Shown piece after piece: positions 32,006 to 40,850 of a stretch of DNA of 64,000 nt; the stretch's first letter is position 1; the number at the start of each line of letters is the position of its first letter. Position numbers and translations under genes: made by a program. Below the pieces are notes generated by a model, which saw only the letters and a program-made list of their open reading frames with translations, was not told where the DNA came from and did not search any database. Source of the DNA: Bradymonadia bacterium (GTDB lineage: Bacteria; Myxococcota_A; Bradymonadia; UBA7976; UBA1532); assembly GCA_049889275.1 (NCBI GenBank), contig JBMHDS010000022.1:197437-261436 (forward strand). The letters are read 5' to 3'.

Positions 32006-32863
32006 TCATCCACGCCTGATCAAGTAATCGGACCGAAATAAACGAGCAGGTTGTTGTAGTTTCTCGACGATCCGTGCCCTCGAGCGCTCGAAAGCAGTTC
32101 TGCCTTCCTTCATCTTGAAGGGGCCAAGCTTTGAGGGCTCAGATTCAATGATATAGGTGTCGATACCCATCTGTTCAGCGAGCCTGGCCTGCGTCTGCCA
32201 CGCGCTGTGTCTACACACATCCAAAGACCAATTCAAAAAGCGCCTCGGGGCCACGGGCGCTTTTCTGCCAATAGACTTTGAATGAATGAGGTGGACGACG
32301 ACGGCATCCACAGTGTTGCGGTCGATCAGGGCCTCAATGGGTGCCTTGTCGATGATGCCACCATCCGCATACGGTATTCCGTTTCGGATCACTGGTTGAA
32401 AAAGAAAAGGAAGCGCACAACTTGATGTGATCGCTGGTGCCAAATCGCCGGTCTCGTCGATTTTTCGACGGCCATTTGTGAGGTCTGTTGACACGGTCAG
32501 CAGAGGGGTCTGGCACTCTTCGAACCGCTTAACCGGAAGCGCGTCCTTAATGATTCGTTGGAGTTTATCACCCCGCAGTAAACCCCAGGGTCGTCGTACT
32601 GGCATTGATGGATCCCAGAAATCTCGCCTTTGGAGCGAGAGCAGCGTTGGCACGGCCTCATCGAGGGCATTACATGCTGTGAATGCCGCGATCAGTGAAC
32701 CCGATGAGCTGCCCGCGCAGGCAGCGAAGTTAATTCCTTCGTCCTGCAGACCTCTTACGAATCCAGCGTGGGCATAGAATCCGAAGTACGCACTCGATAG
32801 GACGAGGCCGACCCGACGCCCCTTAAGCTGTTCTTTGAGCATCTGCGATGACGCGTCGGTCAT
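32006..32863 (-). CDS. Patatin-like phospholipase.
   Basis: Oxyanion-hole G-rich N-terminus, nucleophile elbow GSSSG and catalytic DGG motif (DGGIID). Confidence 0.85.
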   Translation of the reverse strand: MTDASSQMLKEQLKGRRVGLVLSSAYFGFYAHAGFVRGLQDEGINFAACAGSSSGSLIAAFTACNALDEAVPTLLSLQRRDFWDPSMPVRRPWGLLRGDKLQRIIKDALPVKRFEECQTPLLTVSTDLTNGRRKIDETGDLAPAITSSCALPFLFQPVIRNGIPYADGGIIDKAPIEALIDRNTVDAVVVHLIHSKSIGRKAPVAPRRFLNWSLDVCRHSAWQTQARLAEQMGIDTYIIESEPSKLGPFKMKEGRTAFERSRARIVEKLQQPARLFRSDYLIRRG

Positions 32864-34116
32864 TGAGCAGGCTTAGTAGGTGATTCTTGAGACGGCTTCG
32901 GCGATGTTGAAGCGTTTGTCGCTTGTTCATAGGCAGCATTGATCATCGCCAGTAAGACGTCTGGCGCTAAAGGGCCAACATGTTTTGAGCCATTAATGAC
33001 CCAGGTCGGTGTTGCTTGTAAGCCCAGCTCAATGCCTTGTTGCAGGTCAGCTTTGACGAGTTCATGGGATTTTGGATTCTTCAGGCAGCTCCGAAAGCTT
33101 TCGACGTCCAAGCCAACCATACCCGCGTAATTGTACAGTTGCTCGTCCGCTAGAGCTTGGTTATTGGCGAACATAATATCGTGCATCTCCCACGCCAGAC
33201 CTTGTTGGTTTGCACAGGCAAACGCGATTGCCGCTGCACATGAACGATTTACGCCGGCCGGGTTTGATGAGCAGTCTCTGAGTGGAAAGTTCTTAAAGTA
33301 GTATCTAAACTTCCGCGGCGCCTTCTCCATGACCATTTTCAGCGAATAGGCCATTTGCTGGCAGTGCCCACAGGTGAAGTCGGCCCATTCTACAATGACG
33401 ACCGGTGCGTCTTTATCACCTCGCATGGGGCTATCGGCAGGCACAACTTTGACAGCCTTCTTGGTGGTATCTGCGAGCTCTGCGCGCTTGCTTTCAATGG
33501 TTGACTGCAGCGCTGCTTGTGCAGCGGATTGATAACGGTAGTTGAACGAAGGAATCGCGATCGCGAGCAAGATAACCGTCGCCCAAAATGCCGGTGCGCC
33601 AAGGATCTTAAAGCCCCGTTTAAGGCCGGCTAATCCACCGTTTGGATGTGAGAACCACGCGGTCACGAATAGACCGATATTCACGGCATACAGGCCCATG
33701 CATCGAATACAAAACTTACCGACCACGACCTTACTGCCGATAAGTAAGAAGACCGAATAGACTGTGATAAGTAAACCGCCGATGACAAATAAGTCTGGCA
33801 GTGCGGGTAGTGCGTTGGGCTTAATTCGGTGCAGGCAGACAACGAGAATTGTAACCACATAGAATGCCAAGCCATGTACCGCGATCGGTATGCCAAAAAC
33901 CGAAGCCAAACTGCTCTTGAGCACTTCAGCGCATGAGAAGTTTGAACCTGCAGCACACGTTGCGTCGTCGCCGCCACCGGCGTAATTGACGCTGATGTGC
34001 AAGTCGATCAGGATATCGGCCATGAAGATGCCGAGTGCTGCGAGTGCAAGATAAACGAAAAAGCTAACTTTCAAGGTGTACCCTTCGGACTGTGTAGCTG
34101 TTGGTATCCAACGCAA
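32860..34116 (-). CDS. Vitamin K epoxide reductase (VKOR) membrane domain fused to a DsbA-like thioredoxin domain.
   Basis: N-terminal multi-TM domain with a Cys pair (CAAGSNFSC) and CIRC active site; C-terminal thioredoxin-fold domain with a CGHC redox motif. Confidence 0.85.
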   Translation of the reverse strand: MRWIPTATQSEGYTLKVSFFVYLALAALGIFMADILIDLHISVNYAGGGDDATCAAGSNFSCAEVLKSSLASVFGIPIAVHGLAFYVVTILVVCLHRIKPNALPALPDLFVIGGLLITVYSVFLLIGSKVVVGKFCIRCMGLYAVNIGLFVTAWFSHPNGGLAGLKRGFKILGAPAFWATVILLAIAIPSFNYRYQSAAQAALQSTIESKRAELADTTKKAVKVVPADSPMRGDKDAPVVIVEWADFTCGHCQQMAYSLKMVMEKAPRKFRYYFKNFPLRDCSSNPAGVNRSCAAAIAFACANQQGLAWEMHDIMFANNQALADEQLYNYAGMVGLDVESFRSCLKNPKSHELVKADLQQGIELGLQATPTWVINGSKHVGPLAPDVLLAMINAAYEQATNASTSPKPSQESPTKPAQ

Positions 34117-34161
34117 CGTATTTAGTTAAACCGGCGCAGTCCTTCAAGTCTCAAGCGCAAT

Positions 34162-34509
34162 TTAGGTCGATTTTGTCAGGCCTCGAACACGGTTGACCGG
34201 AACCGAAAAGAGCACCCCCTCACTCGGTTTGTTCATCGACCCGCAGACCTTTTCGATCAGCTCGCATGCTTTCACGACCCGCGACGCATCTGCGACTGTC
34301 AAAATGACGTACGAGTCAACCGCAGAACCAGGAAAGAGACCACGTAGGCTCGCAAGAATGGGCACGTCGCCCAAAAGCTGCCCCATACCTTTACCCTCGA
34401 TCACGGTCGAGCCAGTCACCTCAATTTCGATGAAGCCGAGTAAGATCTCTTCGACTTTTTTGTAGTCCTTGATGATGGTGATGAGCAACTCCATATGCAT
34501 ACTGTTCAT
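34162..34509 (-). CDS. P-II (GlnB)-family signal-transduction protein, divergent with an extended T-loop.
   Basis: Colinear with GlnB along the whole length (IEGKGMGQ matches VKGFGRQ; SEGVLFSVPVNRVRGL matches GDGKIFVFDVARVIRI). The ORF-track start at 34578 is probably an extension; Met candidates at 34494-34509. Confidence 0.55.
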   Translation of the reverse strand: MNSMHMELLITIIKDYKKVEEILLGFIEIEVTGSTVIEGKGMGQLLGDVPILASLRGLFPGSAVDSYVILTVADASRVVKACELIEKVCGSMNKPSEGVLFSVPVNRVRGLTKST

Positions 34510-34691
34510 GTGTATCGCCTGGATTGTCAAACAATCGTGTGATGGTGCATACATGTGGCGCATTTTGGTGCTCTGCATCTAAGGCCCGCGAAGGTCGCTT
34601 GCATGGTCTACCATGGCCCGCTTATAGTGAACGGGCGGGCGGGGGCCCATCTTGCTGACCATGGTGGCACGATATTGGAGACGGCAACGAG

Positions 34692-36026
34692 GTGACGGAT
34701 AAAAGCGCAGAGGCAAATCCGACCGATTTAGTCGGGGTACGACTGGATAACAAATACGAGGTTATCAGCGAAGTGGCCCGAGGGGGCATGGGGATTGTTT
34801 ATCGTGGCATTGACCAGTCGCTCGGTCGTCCAGTTGCCATTAAGGTGTTGTTCAAGCGGTACAACGAAGACACTGAATCCATTGAGAGATTTAAACGCGA
34901 AGCGCGAGCGATGGCGACTTTGGACCACACAAATATTTGTCCTGTCTATGCCATTGGTCATGAACATGGTGTGCATTACTTCGTGATGAAATTTCTGAGC
35001 GGTTGGACCGTCTCGGAGAGGCTAAAACGCAATCGCCTCGGACTCGCTGATATGTTCTCTGTTGAAGAGGTACGTGATGTTCTGATCCAGCTTTGTCTGG
35101 GGCTTGACCATGCTCACCAACTTGGCCTCATTCATCGGGATATCAAGCCTGGCAACATTATGATTGCACCCGATGGTCATACGTCGATCATGGACTTCGG
35201 TATCGTTAAAGAGAGTGATGATGACACGTTGACGAAGACGGGCATCGTGTTTGGTACACCGGATTATATGGCCCCTGAGCATGCCCAGGGACAAGCACCG
35301 AGCCCTGAGACCGATCTTTACTCTCTTGGCATCGTTGCTTACGAGATGCTCACGGGTGAACAACCTTTCAAGGGAGGAACACCATTTTCGTTAGTCCTGA
35401 AGCATATCAAGGAGCCGCCGCCGCCATTGATTGAGCGTCGAGACGACCTGGACCAAGCCTTTCAAGACATCATCTTCAAATCCATCGAGAAGAAACCTGA
35501 GGATCGTTATCACTCAGCTCGTGATATGGCCGATGCGCTGAAAGCGCTCACCCTAGCCTCGGCCCCTGGCGTGTCTCAGGTGAGTGCCGCAGAGCAGCCT
35601 GTTTCGGTGGCGCCACAAACACCTCCACCGCCGCCGCCACGAACATCCAATACCATGACTTCACCACCGTTGATCGATGAACCGGTCATTATACCGGCGA
35701 GCGAGGCGCCTGATGTTGTAAACGAGATGAGCTCAAAGAGTGGTTTGCCTACAAACAGGCCATCGATTTTTAATCGAGAGACCGAGAGCGGGCAGCGAAC
35801 GAGTCTCGTCTCTTCAACGAAGGCGGAATTAGCCCCACCACCACAAGCCATCATCGAGTCGGCGCCAACGGCGGCGAGCCCCGGACACTATCGGCGGATT
35901 GAGCGTGAACAGGCCGCGGCCGTAGTCCCGGACCGGCGCACCTTTAAGATCTTCCTAGGGACGGTTTTGGTGACCAGCCTCATCGGTGTTGCCGTGTTGC
36001 TCTATCTTAATCACTCTTCTGGCTGA
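34692..36026 (+). CDS. Hanks-type Ser/Thr protein kinase with a Pro-rich linker and C-terminal TM anchor.
   Basis: Motifs VAIKVL, LIHRDIKPGNIMI, DFGIVK and GTPDYMAPE; PPPPPPR linker; C-terminal TM segment IFLGTVLVTSLIGVAVLLYL. Confidence 0.9.
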   Translation: MTDKSAEANPTDLVGVRLDNKYEVISEVARGGMGIVYRGIDQSLGRPVAIKVLFKRYNEDTESIERFKREARAMATLDHTNICPVYAIGHEHGVHYFVMKFLSGWTVSERLKRNRLGLADMFSVEEVRDVLIQLCLGLDHAHQLGLIHRDIKPGNIMIAPDGHTSIMDFGIVKESDDDTLTKTGIVFGTPDYMAPEHAQGQAPSPETDLYSLGIVAYEMLTGEQPFKGGTPFSLVLKHIKEPPPPLIERRDDLDQAFQDIIFKSIEKKPEDRYHSARDMADALKALTLASAPGVSQVSAAEQPVSVAPQTPPPPPPRTSNTMTSPPLIDEPVIIPASEAPDVVNEMSSKSGLPTNRPSIFNRETESGQRTSLVSSTKAELAPPPQAIIESAPTAASPGHYRRIEREQAAAVVPDRRTFKIFLGTVLVTSLIGVAVLLYLNHSSG

Positions 36027-37105
36027 ATCTGCAGCCGAGTGATTTCATCGGTACGCCTATCGATCAGGCTGACCTGGTGAAGCGACCACTCGCTTACAGC
36101 GATGTGTTGCCCATCTTTGCTGATCGCCATCGTCCAGGGGTTGCTCCCGAGTGGGAACGCATATCGTTTGAGCTCTTCACCAGTATCGTGAGCATACTGG
36201 ATGAGGTTATTGTCGGCGGAGTGCACGACAAAGATACCTTCATGATTGACTGTGAGCGCGTTGGGCACTTGGCCGAGTGGAGAGACAACTGTTTGAGGCT
36301 TCCCATCACAGAGGGGGGTCGTCGAAAGTGGCAATCTTTTCACGACGCCGGATAGGCTCAGCAGGTAGTATAAAGAATCGTCAAACACGGTTGGAGCAGA
36401 TGCACCCTCCATTTCATCGGGGAAATCGCCGAGCTCAATAGAGCATTGGTGCGTCATATTGGTGCTGTAGAGATGAGCGGTATCTGTTGTGAAATCGACA
36501 ATAATCATGTGTTCACGCCAGCGTTTGATAGAAGCGAGTGATGTACCACCGCTATTTGGGAATTCGATCGTACCCAACTCTGAGTCTTGATTCTGAATTC
36601 TGATTTTCGGTGCCAGTCCAGATGTGATCCAAAGATGGCCGTCGCTGTCGAGAGCCATATCCACCGGCGCTGGAAACACGGTTCGGTCGAGGCGAATCAT
36701 TGGGTCAACGGCATCAGCGTCTAAAATGCGCTCGAGAGGCACCCGATCGATCCCACCATTGGTTGCAGCCCTTGGCTGTTCAAAATCGGAAAAGTCGTAG
36801 GTGCCTGTGTTCAAGACCAGCAGTTCGTCTCCGTGAAGTACTAATCTTTGCGGGTTTTTTTGAGTTACTCGGTGTGTCTGTAGGCGTTGCAGACTCGGTA
36901 CGTCGAATATGTGTAGGTAGCCAGGTCGCCAAGACACGCTGTCATAGCCGGTGCTGCCCACCACCAGGCGGCCGTTCACAAAGATAAGGTCCTGCGGAAA
37001 GTCGAGAGGACCGCTGTTGAGACCTTCTTGGCCTGAATTAGGCGTCGCGCACGCCATTATGCAACTGAGCAAGATCACCCAGACTTGGTTGTTTGTCATT
37101 GCCAA
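36011..37105 (-). CDS. Beta-propeller (YVTN/NHL-like) lipoprotein.
   Basis: Signal peptide with lipobox IMAC; about six or seven repeated beta-strand blades; immediately upstream of an Fe-chelate/B12-type ABC importer. Confidence 0.55.
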   Translation of the reverse strand: MAMTNNQVWVILLSCIMACATPNSGQEGLNSGPLDFPQDLIFVNGRLVVGSTGYDSVSWRPGYLHIFDVPSLQRLQTHRVTQKNPQRLVLHGDELLVLNTGTYDFSDFEQPRAATNGGIDRVPLERILDADAVDPMIRLDRTVFPAPVDMALDSDGHLWITSGLAPKIRIQNQDSELGTIEFPNSGGTSLASIKRWREHMIIVDFTTDTAHLYSTNMTHQCSIELGDFPDEMEGASAPTVFDDSLYYLLSLSGVVKRLPLSTTPLCDGKPQTVVSPLGQVPNALTVNHEGIFVVHSADNNLIQYAHDTGEELKRYAFPLGSNPWTMAISKDGQHIAVSEWSLHQVSLIDRRTDEITRLQIQPEE

Positions 37106-37860
37106 TAACCTAGAAACTGAGGTCGCGGTGAGGCCGGATGCTCTATTTGGTCCAGTGCAACTTCGAAAGCTCTTGAAAGGTTACTCGACGTCATAACCGC
37201 ATCGACCGAGCCGACGGTTGTGAGTTGCCCATCGACCATAATCGCCACCTGATTGAAGTAGAGTGCGGCAATATTGAGGTCGTGGACAGCTGCGATGATT
37301 GTGATCGCGTCTGCCCCATTGAGCTCTCTTAACAGGTTGGCGATCTGGTGTTTTGCTGCAATATCTAGGTGTGCCATCGGTTCATCGAGCAGCATCAGCT
37401 TCGTGTTCTGGGTGAGCGCTCTTGCGATCCGCGCGCGCTGGTATTCTCCACCGCTCAATGTTTCTATGAAACGGTCCGCGATGTGTAGGATTTGAACTCG
37501 TTCCATCGCTTTCTCGACCGCTGTAAGGTCTCTCTCTGAGGGCGGTGCGAGCCATTCTTGGTGTGCGTAGCGACCCATCATCACAAATTCTCTAACCGTA
37601 AAACCATTGGGTTTAATCTCGCCTTGTCCAACAACACTCATGCGCTGTGCGCGTTGTCTGGAGTTGAGTTCTGCGATGGGTGTTTCTTCGATGCGTATTG
37701 TGCCGCTCGCGGCATTTAGTTCGCCTGAAATCGCTCTGATCAGGGTTGTCTTGCCCGCCCCGTTCCGACCTAGAATCGCGACCATGGAGCCGGCTTCAAC
37801 GGCAAACGCCAAAGGCTGTCTGATACAATGTTCGGTGGTGAGACCGCTGACCTTAAGCAT
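37096..37860 (-). CDS. ABC transporter ATP-binding protein (FecE/HmuV/BtuD family).
   Basis: Walker A GRNGAGKTTL, signature LSGGEYQRARIARAL and Walker B LLLDEP; 8-nt overlap with the permease gene. Confidence 0.9.
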   Translation of the reverse strand: MLKVSGLTTEHCIRQPLAFAVEAGSMVAILGRNGAGKTTLIRAISGELNAASGTIRIEETPIAELNSRQRAQRMSVVGQGEIKPNGFTVREFVMMGRYAHQEWLAPPSERDLTAVEKAMERVQILHIADRFIETLSGGEYQRARIARALTQNTKLMLLDEPMAHLDIAAKHQIANLLRELNGADAITIIAAVHDLNIAALYFNQVAIMVDGQLTTVGSVDAVMTSSNLSRAFEVALDQIEHPASPRPQFLGYWQ

Positions 37861-38881
37861 GGAATCGACCTCGTCTTAGCAGAAAGAGAAAAAACGGTCC
37901 GCCGATTAAGGCGGTGACGACGCCGACCGGTAGTTCACGTCCGGGCATGATCCACCGACTGGTTAAGTCTGCAGCCACAAGGAGGCCGGCTCCGCCCAGT
38001 GCCGACAGAGGCATGAGAATACGATGACGCGGGCCGATCAGTTGGCGCATGACGTGGGGCACGATAAGGCCAATAAATCCGATCACGCCGCAATAAGCGA
38101 CCGCGCTAGAGACGAGCAAAAATGTACCGAGGAGCGTAATGTTTCGAAGTCGCTTAAAGTCGACCCCAAGCCCGCGAGCAGTGGGCACGCCGAGGGAGAT
38201 CAGGTCCAACGCGCGCGAATGAGACCAGATCATGACAAAGCCCACAAAACTGAGCAGAGCGATCACGCTGATTTGTAACCATGTGGTCTGCCCTACGTTG
38301 CCAAGTAACCAGCTGATGAGTTCGCCGGCTTGTCGTTGGGCAAACAGCAGCACCATCGATAGCATAGCTGAGAAGACAAGCCCGACGGCGATCCCCGCGA
38401 GCAGGATGGTGTTGAGTTCATTTTGAGCACGGTTTCGAGACAGCATGAGGACGAGTAGGCCAGCGATGCTTGAGCCGATGAAGGCACCGAGTGACGGTCC
38501 GAGCAAGATTGGCCCTGCGAGTAGCATCGCGAGCGCCGCGCCAAAAGCCCCTCCCGAGGCAAAGCCCAACACATATGGATCCGCGAGTGGGTTGCGGAAT
38601 AGGCCTTGTAAGGCAGCGCCTGCAGTTGATAAGCCAGCGCCAACGATCAACGCGGTGATGAGTCTGGGTAGCCTGATCGACCAGATGATGAGCTCATCTG
38701 TAGGCGTACCGAGCGATGAACAGCCCAATGGCGACAATAATATCGATACAAGCACCTCCATCGATATCGACTGTGTGCCTTGGACGAGATGGATCAAACT
38801 GAGTGCTAAGAGCGCCACCGTGAGTCCTGTGCCCATAACTCGGGCTGTCACTCGTGGCTTTGATGTGTTGTTCATAGTCAT
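37853..38881 (-). CDS. FecCD-family ABC permease (iron-chelate/cobalamin importer).
   Basis: 9-10 TM helices typical of the FecCD fold. The ORF-track start at 39091 is an artefactual extension; the true ATG at 38881 overlaps the upstream stop (ATGA). Confidence 0.85.
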   Translation of the reverse strand: MTMNNTSKPRVTARVMGTGLTVALLALSLIHLVQGTQSISMEVLVSILLSPLGCSSLGTPTDELIIWSIRLPRLITALIVGAGLSTAGAALQGLFRNPLADPYVLGFASGGAFGAALAMLLAGPILLGPSLGAFIGSSIAGLLVLMLSRNRAQNELNTILLAGIAVGLVFSAMLSMVLLFAQRQAGELISWLLGNVGQTTWLQISVIALLSFVGFVMIWSHSRALDLISLGVPTARGLGVDFKRLRNITLLGTFLLVSSAVAYCGVIGFIGLIVPHVMRQLIGPRHRILMPLSALGGAGLLVAADLTSRWIMPGRELPVGVVTALIGGPFFLFLLRRGRFHA

Positions 38882-39717
38882 TTCGAGTGTGCCGTCAGCT
38901 TTTCTTGCAACCACACCAAAGCATTGATGAGACGTGGCGTCGGTCGCAGAAACTCGTCTTCGTTTGGGATGACATAAACCTGCGCTTTTTTGACGGCCGG
39001 CGTGTGTTGCCAGATACGACTGTTTAGGTAGAACTGTTGACGCGCCTTGCTCTTCACCAATATGACCTCCGGTTGCTGGATGATGAGCCACTCACGTTCA
39101 ACGGTTGGCCAATCGCCAGACATGCTTTGGCCGATGGGTTGAGCGCCAGCCCGCCGCAGCAGGTCTGCCAAAAAGGTCTTATGCCCTGGAATCATGAACG
39201 GCTTGTGCCAGACCTCGTAGAACGTCTTCAGTCCCGACCGCCCGATCTGTCTCACCTGTTCTAATCGTTTTTTGAAATCGGTCGATAAACGTTTCGCCTC
39301 AGTCGACCTGCCCAAAGCGCGTCCAATCGAGACGATAGAGTCGACTACGTCGACGACACTCTTTGGATGTATGACGAGAACACGGAAGCCTAAGTGTTGT
39401 AGGTGGTCACGGACACTCACATTTCCGTCGCTCATCAATATGAGCGTTGGGTTCAGGCTCGCGATACGTTCGTAATCAGGCGGAAATAGGCTGCCGACGT
39501 CGGTGATCTGTTCCGCTTCTTTTGGAAAATTGCACGACGATGTTCGTCCAACGAGGTTTTCTTGGGCGCCCAGTGCGTGGACCAACTCTGTGTTTGACGG
39601 CGAGAGTGAGATGACCCTGAGTTCTTGGGGTTCGTCCGCGTATGCAGTCTGAGTGCTGCAGGCCAAGACGAACAAACCCAATGAAAAATAAGCTCTCAAA
39701 TGGCACCAAATACTCAT
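38878..39717 (-). CDS. Class III periplasmic substrate-binding lipoprotein (Fe3+-siderophore/heme/B12 type).
   Basis: Signal peptide MSIWCHLRAYFSLGLFVLAC; motif RVISLSPSNTELVHALGA typical of BtuF/FhuD-like binding proteins. The ORF-track N-terminal 130 aa is the antisense shadow of a Gly-Ala repeat and is not coding. Confidence 0.8.
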   Translation of the reverse strand: MSIWCHLRAYFSLGLFVLACSTQTAYADEPQELRVISLSPSNTELVHALGAQENLVGRTSSCNFPKEAEQITDVGSLFPPDYERIASLNPTLILMSDGNVSVRDHLQHLGFRVLVIHPKSVVDVVDSIVSIGRALGRSTEAKRLSTDFKKRLEQVRQIGRSGLKTFYEVWHKPFMIPGHKTFLADLLRRAGAQPIGQSMSGDWPTVEREWLIIQQPEVILVKSKARQQFYLNSRIWQHTPAVKKAQVYVIPNEDEFLRPTPRLINALVWLQEKLTAHSK

Positions 39718-39783
39718 CAGATCCAAATGTTTGTACAGGTATTGTACCGGTTGTGTTAAAGGCTTGTACAGATATTCCGCAGG

Positions 39784-40788
39784 ATGCTCCGTGTTCTGCT
39801 TGGTTTCAGGAGAAAACACAAGATGAGATTGCATGGTTCTTGGGTTGCGCTGTGCGTGTTTGGGTTGATCGCTTGCGACAATGATGATTCGAACACGAGT
39901 CAAATTGAGTCGGATTCGGGTGCTGGTATGTACGCTGATATGGGGACGGATTCGGACTCTGGTATGGGCGGTGCCGGTGGTGCGGGTGCTGAAGGCGGTG
40001 CCGGTGGTGCAGGTGCTGAGGGTGGCGCCGGTGGTGCTGGTGGGATGGAACCTTCGCCCATGGCTTTCGAGCTCACAGGGACATTTACAGACGGCTTTGG
40101 GCGGCATGAGATCGACGAAAACACTTGGACAACAACCTACGAGGGTTCTGCACCCAGTGTCTTTGAGATTAGCACCGTTGACCTAGAGACCCGCTTCCTG
40201 GTCGCTCGCAATGGTGATGAAAACGAGTACAATCCGGGTTTATGGTCACGTTTCGACTGGGTGTGGTCCACCACTGGACTTTACTACTGCCAGACAGCTT
40301 ATGCTGCTGAAACGGAAGACGATGCCTTGGCGATTGAGAGGCCCGATGATGCCGATCCAAGTATGCCAGGGACCTGCGGAGAGATGTTTCCGTGGAGCTC
40401 ATTAGCGCTCGAAAATAGTCTGCCATTGATCGGGTCTTACCTTGAGGGCATGCTGACCCATAACATTGACGAGCGCGTGTGGGCGCAGACCTATGAGATG
40501 AGTACCAGCCATTTTGTGTTCACCGAGATCGAGAGCACGGAAGACAACACGCAGGGTTATGTGATCGCGCGGAATGCAGATACCAACTCTTTTGGAGGTG
40601 GTCTTTGGAGCCGAATGGACTGGCTCGTTCTCGACGGTATTGCTTGGTATTGCCAAATCGCTTATGACGCCATCGATGCGGACGCTGCCCGCGATGTACC
40701 ACCCGCAGATACCGCAGATGTCGCCACAGGCGGTTGTAATACTTTCCCCTGGAGCGTTCTTGACGAGCCGCTCGACGAAGTCCCTTAG
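39784..40788 (+). CDS. Secreted lipoprotein with a Gly/Ala-rich repeat linker and two tandem homologous Cys-containing domains.
   Basis: Lipobox LIAC; GGAGGAGAE x3; two ~110-aa repeats (...WSRFDWVWSTTGLYYCQTAYAAE...GTCGEMFPWSSLA and ...WSRMDWLVLDGIAWYCQIAYDAI...GGCNTFPWSVLDE). Confidence 0.6.
   Translation: MLRVLLGFRRKHKMRLHGSWVALCVFGLIACDNDDSNTSQIESDSGAGMYADMGTDSDSGMGGAGGAGAEGGAGGAGAEGGAGGAGGMEPSPMAFELTGTFTDGFGRHEIDENTWTTTYEGSAPSVFEISTVDLETRFLVARNGDENEYNPGLWSRFDWVWSTTGLYYCQTAYAAETEDDALAIERPDDADPSMPGTCGEMFPWSSLALENSLPLIGSYLEGMLTHNIDERVWAQTYEMSTSHFVFTEIESTEDNTQGYVIARNADTNSFGGGLWSRMDWLVLDGIAWYCQIAYDAIDADAARDVPPADTADVATGGCNTFPWSVLDEPLDEVP
39961..40043 (+). repeat. Three tandem 27-bp repeats encoding GGAGGAGAE inside the lipoprotein gene.
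   Basis: ggcggtgccggtggtgcgggtgctgaa-like unit repeated three times, near-perfect. Confidence 0.7.
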
Positions 40789-40850
40789 TGGCCGGTTAAG
40801 CGCGTACGTGCTCGTCTAGCGAGAGCCGTCTCGATGATTCGAGACGGTCG

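Noticed and set aside
38882-39091. 70-codon N-terminal extension of the FecCD permease ORF.
   Set aside because: A conserved permease N-terminus and an ATGA stop-start overlap at 38881 indicate the true start; the extension overlaps the SBP gene.
39718-40107. N-terminal 130 codons of the ORF-track SBP gene, encoding TTGATLSTCTTGTAFSTRTTGTAH.
   Set aside because: It is the reverse-complement shadow of the GGAGGAGAE repeat in the + strand lipoprotein gene. A signal-peptide start (MSIWCHLRAYF...) at 39717 fits an SBP.
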